DNA from: Octopus sinensis
Lineage: Eukaryota
Direction of reading: 5' to 3'
DNA length: 64,000 nt
Assembly: GCF_006345805.1 (NCBI RefSeq)
Contig: NC_043006.1
Location: 49,662,001 to 49,726,000, forward strand
The notes beneath the pieces are model-generated. The model was not told the origin of the DNA, did not search any database, and saw only the letters and a list, made by a program, of their open reading frames with translations. Positions 51,425 to 64,000 of the stretch are shown one piece after another (the stretch's first letter is position 1; each line of letters begins with the position of its first letter). The translations under genes and the position numbers were made by a program.

Positions 51425-54380
51425 TCAGAATTTGGGCACTATGGCCCACTCAAGTAGAGAGTTATTGTTTACAGAGACATATCCGGGTGTAGGGGGTTTA
51501 TCCGGGATTTCTTGAAGGAATCTGTCCAAAGACTTCTTGAACCCTATAGGGTCAGTTTCTGTTTTAATGTGTTTTGGTGTAATGTTAAAGAGAGCGGGGC
51601 CAATTGAGGTGAAAATTGTGCCATATTGTTGTTATGAGATGAGAGTGCGATTTTGTTTTGGGCGGATGGCACGGGGCCCAAGCCTTGGATGTACCTTAAA
51701 GGTGATGCCAACATCATTTGGGCAATGCTGATGGAATATTTTCCACATCATGCAGATGATGTAGCGCTCACGACGACGTTGGAGAGAATAGAGTTTTAGC
51801 TTTTCTAGTCGACCCCAATAGTCGAGGCCTGTCATGCCATCTATCTTTTTTGTGATTGCCCTTTGAGGTGCTTCAACTTTTATGATACCTTGTATTGTGT
51901 GGGGAGACCACAGTGGACAACAGTATTCAAGGTGGGGTCGGGCAAAAGTGGAGAAGAGAAGGATAATGGTGTGGATATCTCTCGACTGGAAAGTTCTGAG
52001 AATCCAGGAACACATTCTGCGGGCCATGTCAACTTTGGTGTTTTATGAGTGGCCCAGCTTACGTTGTTGTCCACAATTACTCCCAAGTCTCTGATGTTGT
52101 TGGACGCCGCGAGAGTTTCACACCTGAAGGAAGGGAGTATGGAGTTTCAGGGCATCCTCTTTTCCAAAGTGGATTAGCTCAAATTTATCCTCGTTCAGCA
52201 GCATATTGTTTTTTTCTGCCCATTGGATAACAGCCAGTAGATCTGACTGAAGGCATGTCCGGTCACTCGCCTCATTTATGACCTTCTGTAGCTTGGAGTC
52301 ATCTGCAAAGATTTTTATGTTGCTGTGCTTGATGATGTCATTAATGTCATTAATGTAAATGATGAAAAGAAGTGGGCCCAGCACAGTGCCTTGCGGAACG
52401 CCACTACTGACTTTGGCTGGCTTGATTTTCCCCCTCAACTACAACATGTTGAGATCTGTCTGTCAGGAAACACTTAATCCATTTCAGTAACTTTCCAGAG
52501 AACCCAATGTTGGATAGTTTTTTCAATAGGATCTTGTGATCGACCCTGTCGAAGGCCTTACTGAATCAAGGTAGATGACATCGGTGTTGGAGCCCTCTCC
52601 CAAAGCTCTCAAAATGTCCTCAAGTGATGCAGGAGCTGCGTTAGGCAGTCCCTTCCATTACGGAACCCATGTTGGTTGGAGATCAGCCGTCTGTTGCTTT
52701 CCAGAATTGGGTTATTCGAGATCTCACCACCCTCTCAAATACCTTGATGATATGAGAGGTGAGTGAGATCGGACGGTAATTCACTGCAAGGGACTTGTTT
52801 CCCTTTTTGAAAACTGGGACAACAGACTGGGACAGAAGGTTTTTTGGAATATAGCCAGCATCCAGTGAGTTCTCCCAGATTATAGCAAGGGGAGATGCAA
52901 GTTGGTGTCGACACACCTTCAGGACATAAGCAGGGAACCTATCGGGGCCTACTGCTGAATTGTGTTTTTATTTCGTTTATCGCCGCTAAGACATCAGGGG
53001 CACTAAACGTTATGTCCGATATAGTGTGTTGGGGGTTGACATCACTGATACAGCCCTGATCGGCCATATCAGGATTGCTGAAAACAAGCAGTATTGTTTT
53101 CTGTTTCTAGTATCTCGGCCATGGATTTGGCATTATCTTGGAGAGTGCCAGTTTCGTCAATTAGAGGGCCTACAGTGGAGACAGTGACCCTGCGTTTCCT
53201 CGCAAATGAAAAGAACACTTTGGGGTTGAGTTTGATTTTTTCAATGGCCCACTTCTCCTCAGCTGATCTTTGGTTATTGATGAGGGTCTTCATGCATTGT
53301 TGGAGGTTATATTTTTTAGATTCAAGCAGTGCGATAGCCGTCGAATGTGTGGTTGCTGTTGGCAGTACTTTAGTTTGTTAATTTTTTGTTTGTTCTTTTT
53401 ATTTTCTGATAATGGTTTTTCTGTTTTGGGGGATTCTGCACTTTTTGTTCACAGGTCTTGGTGGGGAGTGTTTTGCACATATGTCTGTGACGGTGTCTAC
53501 AAAGATCTGCCAAGATGTTTTATGGTTGGTGGAGATGTGTGTATGTGTAAAGGACCAGTCAACATTTGATAGCTCGTTCCTGATTGCATCCCAGTTGGCT
53601 TTATGGAGATCCATTTGTCAAATGGGTGGGCTGGAGGAAGGTCACTAGGATTAGCTTTCGGCTGGTGGAATTTCATGTTACAGAGAACCATGTCATGGTC
53701 TGAAAGAAGGGTTTTTTCCACTGTAACGTTATGTATAGTGTTAGTGTGGTTACTAAACACTAGGTCCAAAATGTTCTGATGTCTTGTTGGTGCAAGGACA
53801 AGTTGGGACAAGAAAACTCATTCGTAAAGTCGAAAAGTGACTCTGCTGCTTCTTTGTCAGCGGTTGAGGCGGGAGTGCTTGGTTTCAAACAGTTTGTAGT
53901 CCAGTCAACACAGGGTAGATTGAAGTCTCCCATCATGAGTATGTTGCTAGAATGGCACTGTTGAATAAGCACTTAATGCTGTTGAGGCATTCTTTAAGCA
54001 CAGTATGGGTGTTTGGGGCGGCCTATAGAGCCCAATTACTGTCAGGTCATTGGCTTTGTTGTGCACGGTGACTGATTCACAGTAGCCGTTGGAGAATATA
54101 CTATTTCCATCTGCCGTAAATGAATCATGCAGGAAACTGGCAGTTCCACCCTTCCTCCTGCCGATACGATCCGCGCGGATGGTTGTGAAATTCTTCACTC
54201 ACACTTCGGCTTCCAAGTGGGAGTTGTCAAGGTGGGTCTCAGTGAGAATGAAGAAAGGGATGTGGTGTGAATGGTTACCAACCCAGTCTTCAATGAATTG
54301 GACCTTCCATTTTTGTGCATTGATGGAAGGGCTGACACCTTGTGCATTGAGTAGGAATGTGGAGGTTAGTGTAGTGGCTG
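51425..54380 (-). pseudogene. LINE ORF2 (APE endonuclease + reverse transcriptase), multiply frameshifted
   Basis: Successive ORF-track fragments 53947..54198, 53760..53972, 53497..53811, 53399..53614, 53069..53293, 52683..52916, 52118..52438 and 51632..52027 carry colinear APE and RT motifs. Confidence 0.9.
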
Positions 54381-54417
54381 GTTTTGACTGTTGCAGGGGG
54401 CTTGGATTTTTTGTGTG

Positions 54418-55645
54418 TTAGTGGCAGCAATGTGGGGAATTGGTGCACTGGGGTAATAGCATAGGATGGTGTTGAGTGATGGCTAGAATGTTTTTGTGTA
54501 TCTCTTTTGCCATGTTCAACATGGCTAAAAAAGAATTTTCCTGCTTAGGGAGCAGTTTTTGGCTGGAGGTGTGGTTGCACTGTTGGATAGGGTTGTAGTT
54601 TCCACTTTTGTTGTTGTTGTTTTTGTGTCTTCCTGAAAAGACTGGACCAGCATTACTGCAGCATGGTGTGTTTCTATTTTTATTGTTATTCAGGTTGTGT
54701 GTTGGCTTGAGGCCCCGTTTCTGTTTGCGTCGGGTCCCTGGAAGATGAGTGAAGGGACAGTCACTCAGTAGACATGTTCTCTCACGTTGGGAATACCGGC
54801 AGATTTTGGGACTCCGAGTTGTGTGTGTGTTTTGAATTCGATTTACTATTTGGTGGTGTTGATGTTATTGTGGGATGCGTGCTTTGGCCTTGGCCGGTAG
54901 TGCGTCTAGTGCCGGGTAGATGCGTGAAGATGCAGTCACTATTTGTGCAGAGTCTCTGGCGCAGTGAATAGCGGCATATTTGGGGATTTCTTGTTTGTGC
55001 CGTGGGGGCGCATTCTGCTTCCTATGTTTCTTTAAGTTTTTGTTACTGCAGTAGTATTGAGGTGGTGATGTGGGGGAAGAGGGCAGTGGTTTCTTATTTG
55101 GTTTTCTGTTGGCATTTTGGTGATAGAAGACGATGGTGGCAGCGGTGGTGATGATGATGATGATAATGTGGTGGTTGCTGTGAGAGCGGTGAAAAGATAC
55201 TGGCATTTAGTGAATCATCTAGTAAGCTAGAGTTGAGGAGTGGCTGTTGTTGTTCTTGTTGCTGTGGCTGTTGTTGTTGTTGTTGTGCTTGACCGATGTT
55301 AGGGTCAGCCATTGTGCTGGGAACCAGGAGTGGCTCATTCTGTTGTTGTTGTTGTTGTGGCTGGTGATTTTCTAGCTGTTGTTGTTCTTGAACTGTGAAA
55401 ATATGTAGAAGCTTTTCATAATGGCCTCTTATCAGTTTGAAAGATACTTCGATATGTTTCAGCTTGCTACGAATCTGTTTGACGGATCGTGTGTTGACCA
55501 CTTGTGATGTTTTTTCGGCAATCTCATTCAAACACAAGACATTTAGATTTTCTGTTTGGGAAAGAGAGAACCATGTGTTTATTAAAACATCAATTTCGTT
55601 ATCAGACCAATTTCGTCTGTTGCAGCAGGCCTGCAAGTTAGTCAT
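54418..55645 (-). pseudogene. LINE ORF1: Myb/SANT-like N-terminus, polyQ/polyH tract, CCCH zinc-finger remnants; frameshifted
   Basis: RRNWSDNEIDVLINTW..IAEK..RSVKQIRSKLKHIEVSFK; later C..SLRQRLCTNSDCIFTHLPGTRR in a shifted frame; ends FLAMLNMAKEIHKNIL...CCH*. Confidence 0.7.
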
Positions 55646-55974
55646 GCTTGTTTTTCTTTTGTTTGTTTTCCTTTTGATTTTTGAAAATATATATTCTTTC
55701 TTGGGAGTTAAAGAAGTGTATATATATATATAAATGTTCTCTCTTAAGGGTGTGAGTTTTTGATTATTTGGTTGTTTGAGGATATTAAAAGAAAAACAGT
55801 GTATATAACAATTTGTAGTTAAATGAAAACGTACTTACGGGTTTGTAGGCAAACACGTGGTTACAAAAATTATATATATTTAGGTCAGTTAGTTTTGAAG
55901 CTGTGTAGCTTGCTACTGATTTGGGAGAGAAACAAATAGACGTCCGTCCACTTCAACAGTTAATCCATATATAT

Positions 55975-56088
<114 letters not shown>

Positions 56089-56115
56089 GCATACATATGT
56101 ATAAATATATAATTA

Positions 56116-56325
56116 AGGCGGCAAGTTGGCAGAAGCGGTAGCACGCTGAGCAAAATGCCGAGCGACATTTCGTCCGTCTATACGTTCTGTGTTCAAATTC
56201 CACCGAGATCGACTTTGCCTTTCGTTCTTTCGGGGTCGATAAAATAAACACCAGTCAAATACTGGGTCCCATGTTAACGACTCGCCCCCTGCCTTAAAAT
56301 TTCAGGCTTTGTGCCTGTAGTAGAA
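56116..56325 (+). mobile_element. SINE-A full copy
   Basis: GGCGGCAAGTTGGCAGAAGCGGTAGCACG...GGCTTTGTGCCTGTAGTAGAA. Confidence 0.8.
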
Positions 56326-56335
56326 TGGCTATGTG

Positions 56336-56407
<72 letters not shown>

Positions 56408-56554
56408 CTTATACATATATGTATGTATGATGTATGTATGTATGTATGTATGTATGTATGTATGTATATATATATATGTGTGTGTGTAGGCGCGGGTGTG
56501 GTTGCGCGCTAAGAAGTTTGCTTGGCGTTCCTTCGTTTTAACTCGACAAATCTA

Positions 56555-56793
56555 TAACAAGTCCTCGGTTGTTTCCGAGTCAACTGGACAATTCACTTCG
56601 GATATATTCGCGACCTCCGTGACAGTTTGCGTGTTCTGTTTTTACGTATTTATGTGTTGTGGAATATAGATATAACGAAATTATGCCAGCAAAAAGACTT
56701 GCATATTTGTTCTTACCTCCAAATTTTCGGAGGTCACGAAGGTATCCGAAGTGAAGTGCCGAGTTGACACGGAAACAACCGAGGTGTTGTTAT
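56555..56793. mobile_element. MITE with about 65-bp imperfect terminal inverted repeats, nested in a SINE head
   Basis: ATAACAAGTCCTCGGTTGTTTCCGAGTCAACT...GACCTCCG versus CGGAGGTC...AGTTGACACGGAAACAACCGAGGTGTTGTTAT; the SINE sequence starts at 56488 and resumes near 56800. Confidence 0.65.
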
Positions 56794-56928
56794 GGTTTTG
56801 CTTTCCTGGCCACAGGGTTTCCTGTTCAGTCTCACTGTGAGGCACATTCAGCAAATGTCTTCTACTATAGTCTTCGGCCGACCAAAGCTTTGCGAGTGAA
56901 TTTGGTAGACGGAAAATGAAGGAAGCCC

Positions 56929-56988
<60 letters not shown>

Positions 56989-57859
56989 TATATGTAAAGG
57001 GGTTGGTATGATTGTGTATAGAGGGATATATATTATTCAAATAATTCCAACTGTCTGTTTTTTATGTTTTATTTATATTCTTTATAATATTAATGTAGAA
57101 TAACTAATATATATATATAGTAAAATGAAATGAAGTATTGATTGTCTTATTGAATAGATGAAATATTGAATATCAAATATTAAGTGACTAGTATACTTTC
57201 ATGCGTTATAGCAGTCTTCAAGGTCCTTGGTTGTGACAGGAGTGTTTCAACTGTGTGTGTATATATATATTAATATAGAGGGCATTACTATACATAAATG
57301 CCACACTCTAGGAGGGACTCTTAAAGTCAAAACTACTAAAATAAATAAACACATTGTACCGAATACGAGGGAATGCAACTCTCGATACGAGCCCTTTAGA
57401 AACAGAATTCACCTGCATATCATATGTTTTCATAATTAGTGCACAAATGCACTTTTTAATCTTCAGTGCAAGCATAATTCAAAATGTATAAAAAGATGAA
57501 CAAAAATCAACATACCAGTCGAACACCAAATGTATCCATCGTAGCATATAGAATTGTTCAACCTTTATATCTATGTAAAAGGCGGGCTTTTTCGAATTGC
57601 ATCTCGGTATAACGTGTATATTCGGAATAAAATTCAGCACTGAATATACTCCGGTTAAATTTACAATTGAAAAATACGATAAAATCTTTATATGAATTTA
57701 TCAAGTAGCTAACGTGAAAAACCTCATAAGGCAAACATTTATCAGTTAAACTCACCTCGTTTAAGCTTAGCAGCCCTTCCCGTTTGTTTTCAATGTCCTG
57801 TTTTCGTTACCAACTTTGACCCTCCGCAAAATCCCAAATTATATTTAATTTGCTTTGCA

Positions 57860-58850
<991 letters not shown>

Positions 58851-58912
58851 ATATATGTATATTCAGTGCCTACCCTGAATAAAATAGATTGATAGTAACA
58901 TTTTCCTTTTAT

Positions 58913-59315
58913 GGCGCAGGAGTGGCTGTGTGGTAAGTAGCCTGTCTACCAACCACATGGTTCCGGGTTCAGTCCCACTGCGTGGCACCTTGGGCAAGTG
59001 TCTTCTACTATAGCCTCGGGCCGACCAAAGCCTTGTGAGTGGATTTGGTAGACGGAAACTGAAAGAAGCCCGTCGTATATATGTATATATATATATGTAT
59101 GCGTGTGTGTGTCTGTGTTTGTCCCCATAGCATTGCTTGACAACCGATGCTGGTGTGTTGCGTCCCCGTTACTTAGCGGTTCGGCAAAAAAGACCGATAG
59201 AATAAGTACTGGGCTTACAATAGAATAAGTTCCGGGGTCGAGTTGCTCGATTAAAGGCGGTGCTCCAGCATGGCCGCAGTCAAATGACTGAAACAAGTAA
59301 AAGAGTAAAAGAGAA
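58913..59315 (+). mobile_element. SINE family D full copy
   Basis: GGCGCAGGAGTGGCTGTGTGGTAAG...GGCGGTGCTCCAGCATGGCCGCAGTCAAATGACTGAAACAAGTAAAAGAGTAAAAGAG. Confidence 0.88.
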
Positions 59316-59873
59316 AGAGAAAGAGTATATATATAAATATGTGTGTGTAACTTTGTGTCGGTGTTTTTGTGTACTTATGTATATGCTTCTGCATCACATA
59401 CATACATACATTCATACATACATACATATGTACGTACGTAGATTCGTACGTACATACAGATGTATGTATATATTCAGATTTGTATTTTCATTATGTATAT
59501 GTGACCTGGTTCTTCGTCGGTTACGACGATGAGTGTACCAGTTGATCCGATCAACGGAACAGCCTGCTCGTGAAATTAGCGCGCAAGCGGCTGAGCACTC
59601 CACAGACATGCGTACTCTTAACGTAGTTCTCAAGGAGATTCAGCGTGGCTTAGTGGGTAGGATATACGGCTCACGATCGGAAGGTTGAAATTTCGATTTC
59701 TGGCGGTGCGTTGTGTCATTGAGTAAGACATTTTATTTTACATCGTCAGACTCCACTCAGCTGACAATATGAATAGCACCTGTAGCTCAATGAGCCAGCC
59801 TTGTCACGTTCGATGTATAAAATTTTATGCAATGCCCCAGCATGGCCACAGTCTAATGACTGAAACAAGTAAA

Positions 59874-59928
<55 letters not shown>

Positions 59929-60104
59929 TGTGTAAATCAGGGACGTGCCGCCTGTGTAGGCAAGGTAGGCAGTGCTTACCCTGAATAAAATAGATCGATA
60001 GTAACATTTTCCTTTTATGGCAAATTATGCGCCAAATTCAATAAAATTGTGAAGGTTACTCTGATTACTAAGCATAAAATACCAAATATATATATATATA
60101 TCAG

Positions 60105-60440
60105 GGGACCCCCGTCGGTCACAACACTGACCATGGGATTGCACCTAGAAAGTTACCCTCCTAGTCATAAGTCTGGGCAAGGTGGTTTATGGAAGACCAG
60201 CAGTCGCCCATGCATACCGGCCTTCCCTCTCCACGCCACCAGTGTTATCCAAGGGAAAGGCAAAGGCCGATACAGCTTGGCATCCGTGACGTCGCAACTC
60301 ATTTCTACAGCTGAGTTAACTGGAGCAACGTGAAATAAAGTGTCTTGCTCAAGAACACAACACGCAGCCCGGTCCGGGATTCGAGCTCACAACCTCACGA
60401 TCGTAAGATCGACGCTCTAACCACTGAGCCATGCGCCTTC
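60105..60440 (-). mobile_element. tRNA-headed SINE of another family
   Basis: Minus-strand head GGCGCATGGCTCAGTGGTTAGAGCGTCG..GAGCTCGAATCCCGG followed by a distinct body. Confidence 0.7.
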
Positions 60441-60497
60441 AAACACACACACACACGCACATATATATATATTTTCATATCTATATATATATATATA

Positions 60498-60600
<103 letters not shown>

Positions 60601-60627
60601 CTATATATATATATTATATATATATTT

Positions 60628-60675
<48 letters not shown>

Positions 60676-60678
<3 letters not shown>

Positions 60679-60988
60679 ACTTATAAATATGAGCAAACGA
60701 AAAAATTTCTAATGCCAAATATGCCAAAAATTGGACATATCCATAACCATATAATTTTTCACAATACGCACGCTACTCGAAAAAAAAAGGCCGACAGAAA
60801 TTTCTAAAAAATTCCATTATTCCCAAGTCGGACCGATGTGGTAATAATGGAATTTTTTAGAAATTTCTGTCGGCTTTTTTTCGAGTATCGTGCGTATTGT
60901 GAAAAATTATATGGTTATGGATAATATGTCCAATTTTCGGCATATTTGGCATTAGAAATTTTTTCGTTTGCCCTTATTTATAAGTTGT
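60676..60988. repeat. Near-perfect fold-back palindrome of about 313 bp centred at 60832
   Basis: ACAACTTATAAAT...CCATTATT pairs with AATAATGG...ATTTATAAGTTGT around the axis TCGG-A-CCGA. Confidence 0.88.
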
Positions 60989-61071
60989 TTATAATTTTAA
61001 CCTTTGAAGGTATTTTTTAATATGTTGGCCATTGATAAATTTTTTTATCCTACATTAAATAAATATATATA

Positions 61072-61117
<46 letters not shown>

Positions 61118-63284
61118 ATATATATATATGTTGTAGATTAGGTAGGCATGATCCGTCCCTGCTTTTCAATCTCAGTACTAAGGCTACACATAGTATTGCT
61201 GTAGTACACGTGCTGCGTACATTCCTACAACAACGTTTCCTTTACGTACTATAAAGGCAGAAGTAAATCTGCCTTCACCTCAGTCGCGCGCCTGTGTTTC
61301 GCTTTTTTTTTTGTGATTTACTACATAAACCTCACCAACTGCCTACCCTGTGTAATTACTGACGGTACGTGTACTGTAGTTATACATGTTTCAATTTAAC
61401 ATGAGGAATACATATAATGAATATAGATATTGATATTGACAATAATATAAATATAATAAATTCAATATAAAATATACATATACATTTAGATCTTTCCCAT
61501 TAGTAAATCTAAACATAGTCTCAAAATAATATTTATCACTTGAGATATTTTATTGTATATAGCTTATAGAGTTTATCTTTTCTTGATAAATCTCATAAGT
61601 TATATATAATGATATATCCCAAATGTTAAATGTATTGTTTTAGGCTATGTCAGAAGATTTACGCATGAGAAAACATCTAAATGTGTGTATAAATTTTATT
61701 ATGAATTTATTATATCTACTATTATTAATATTAATATCTATATTCATAAAAAGTATTTTCCATGTTGTAACGAAACATATGTAACTACAATATTAAAATA
61801 GTAACTTCAGCCTTTGTTTTAGTGCATACTTACACTGCGAATAATATTGTTGACCAAGAATTTCAGCTTGTATTTATGATTTTCTCATTCAAGATAAAAA
61901 TGTATCCATGAACTGGGAGAGCCAATTATATAAACGTTTGAAATATGTTCCTAATGCAATGTTTCAAGAGAAGAGTAATTCATTTCTAAAATTCCACCTG
62001 GAAGACAGGCCGTATTTGATTAGTGTAAGAAGGGAGTCACTGAGTTATGCTGAGAGCGAATAACGATATTTTAAACAAATATTTACCGAAAAGCAATGTA
62101 AATTAATTCTGGCAAATAATCTCTTTTTATTTTTCACATCTGTTAAACAGTATCTTTTATGAATAAATTAAAGATAGAATTATATCACCGTGTCACCGTG
62201 CTCTTAGATTTTGATCCTATGTTTAGTAACATTGAATCAATATCCCCACATGTATTGTTATCTATTCAGAGAATCCTCGGTATTTTAATACTCTTTGTAG
62301 GATAGCTAAATGTATCTTCATCCGGAAACCAGGAAAGTATGCGTTTACAACTATTAAAGGATAAATTGCCCAAGATAGTATGTACACGGTAATAACTCAC
62401 ATTTAAAAGAAATCATTTTCGTTTGAATTGTGACAAGGCCTAAGGTTATTGGTATCTAGTTTCGAAGTGATGTATAAAAAGTTTGCCTATAGCGAGATTA
62501 GTTTCTGTATGCAGCATCCTATTTCATTGTAGAATCTCATCAGCATTAGGTCTTCTCTTAATTAACCAAGTTCATGTCCGGACATGTCTCTCTATATTAG
62601 TAAATCGTTATGCCTGAAAATTTCTCATATGACTGCTACAGAGCGTCATTCTAATAACAAAAATAGTATTTATTATCTTATACGGGAAAAGTACACAAAA
62701 GTGCGTAAAGACAGAAAATTTTTTTACATTCGATGATGGAATTTGATTGGATGCAGAAAAGAAAAAGTTATATATATATATATATAATATATATATATAT
62801 ATAATATATATATATATATATAATATATATATATATATAATATATATTCATTTGGACCTGATTTACAACAACTGAATAGAGTAAGAAGGAAGTTAAAGAC
62901 AAATGGTATAAAAATTATCGGGAAAGCAATTTCGGAAATAGATTTTGATTGAAGTTGAAATCATATATACAATAATCAATATAATTTACATTAAACCATT
63001 CCATGAATTGGCCCAATGGGTTATTTATTCATGTGTCAGATTTGTACACACAAACACATACAACATAACACATGCGCGCGCACATACACACACACTCACA
63101 TATATGACCATATGTACTGTACATTTATACATACATGTATACCCACATGTACATGTATGTGTTTACAAACACACATACACACAGAGACATATATGTGTGT
63201 GTGTGTGTGTGTGCATCCCTACGTACATGTATACACATATATATAGGTACAGACGTTCACTGGGAGGTGAGAAAGTAGAAACAG

Positions 63285-63320
63285 CTTTGAAGTTTCGAGC
63301 ATAAGCTCTTCTTCAGAAAG
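63285..63320 (-). ncRNA. Minimal hammerhead-like motif in a short element spanning about 63245-63410
   Basis: Minus strand CTTT CTGAAGA a GAGC ttat GCTC GAAAC TTC AAAG; the expected GTC reads TTC. Confidence 0.6.
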
Positions 63321-64000
63321 TTAGATATATAGACAGGGGGTAAAGTGTACAGGAAGAAAGAAAACTCTGGAGTAAAGGGGAAATACGTGTTGCTCTGAAC
63401 ATGTTTACTTGAAGTTGCCTTTCATGTACGCACGTACGCATACATGCATATATAAACATATATGTGCATTCAAACATATGCTTTCTCACATACCTTTATA
63501 CATGCATGTCTATATCAACACTTGTATTCACTCATATGTATATATATTCGTATATTCGATCACACAAATATCTACAGGCAACGTTCATACATTCCATTCG
63601 TAGTTGCACAATGTGCTCAGTTATAAAATATGATTGAGTGCATTAAATAACAATAATGATGATGATGATAATAATGCCCTGATGCAGTACCAGGCAGTGG
63701 CTCTCATGGCTTCTGATCTTAACTGATTGGAGGTGTTATCATGTACATTGTTTTGTTTTGGTATAAAAGATGGGCTACAGCAAATATTCTGCTCAATACC
63801 ACAGATTTGCTCGTCAGTTGTTTGACCATAACCAGTTGAACGTGTCCCTTAGTGGCTGACGATATGTGCACCTCTGATCACAAGCAGAAGTAGTGGGGGA
63901 GCATCATAGCCATGTGTTGAGAGGGATTCTTTCGGGTTTGAATAGTTCACCTCTGGAAACATGGGTGGTTCTTTCAACATCCTTAAACAACCCTTATTCA

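Larger units (their letters stand above)
51342..55860 (-). mobile_element. CR1/L2-group LINE, near full length, inactive
   Basis: ORF1 with CCCH-like remnants; APE domain (LLNAQG, ILTETHL, IRADR..RKGG, GLYRPP, MGDFNLP); RT (NYRPISLTS, KAFDRVDH, SGVPQGTVLGPLLFIIYIND, FADD); C-terminal FARPHLEYCCPLWSP and DRFLQEIPDKPP; 3' tail ending in (TATCAAAG)2. Confidence 0.92.

Noticed and set aside
57756-57850. Minus-strand donor GAG|GTGAGT as a possible 5' UTR exon of the GPCR
   Set aside because: A lone donor hexamer is expected by chance in 64 kb and nothing else supports it.
61834-62100. Minus-strand donor AGT|GTAAGT with upstream sequence as a possible exon
   Set aside because: All frames contain stops and there is no signal-peptide-like segment.
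63660-64000. Probable interspersed repeat at the window end
   Set aside because: No second copy or diagnostic motif in the window to support a call.

Overview
AT-rich, microsatellite-saturated metazoan DNA. Composition and repeat content suggest an octopus/cephalopod genome (inference). The one convincing host coding segment is a minus-strand exon (about 31808-32265) encoding the extracellular hormone-binding domain of a class B (secretin-family) GPCR, with an unusually Cys-rich N-terminal extension, so much of the window is probably its intron. The rest is transposon-derived: a nearly intact Neptune-like Penelope element (RT + GIY-YIG), a second Penelope remnant, a near full-length but dead CR1-like LINE whose ORF1 begins with a Myb/SANT-like domain, a Tx1/L1-like RT fragment, R4/Dong-like fragments, several tRNA-headed SINE families (some in tandem arrays) and a MITE. 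The most striking non-obvious signal is a set of about seven minimal hammerhead-ribozyme-like motifs from at least four families of short non-coding elements that sit in (TA)n tracts. Several fold-back inverted duplications in these elements have axes on short palindromes, two of them inside the ribozyme motif. Almost all ORFs in the supplied track are microsatellite artefacts. Coordinates and identities were read by eye and are approximate.
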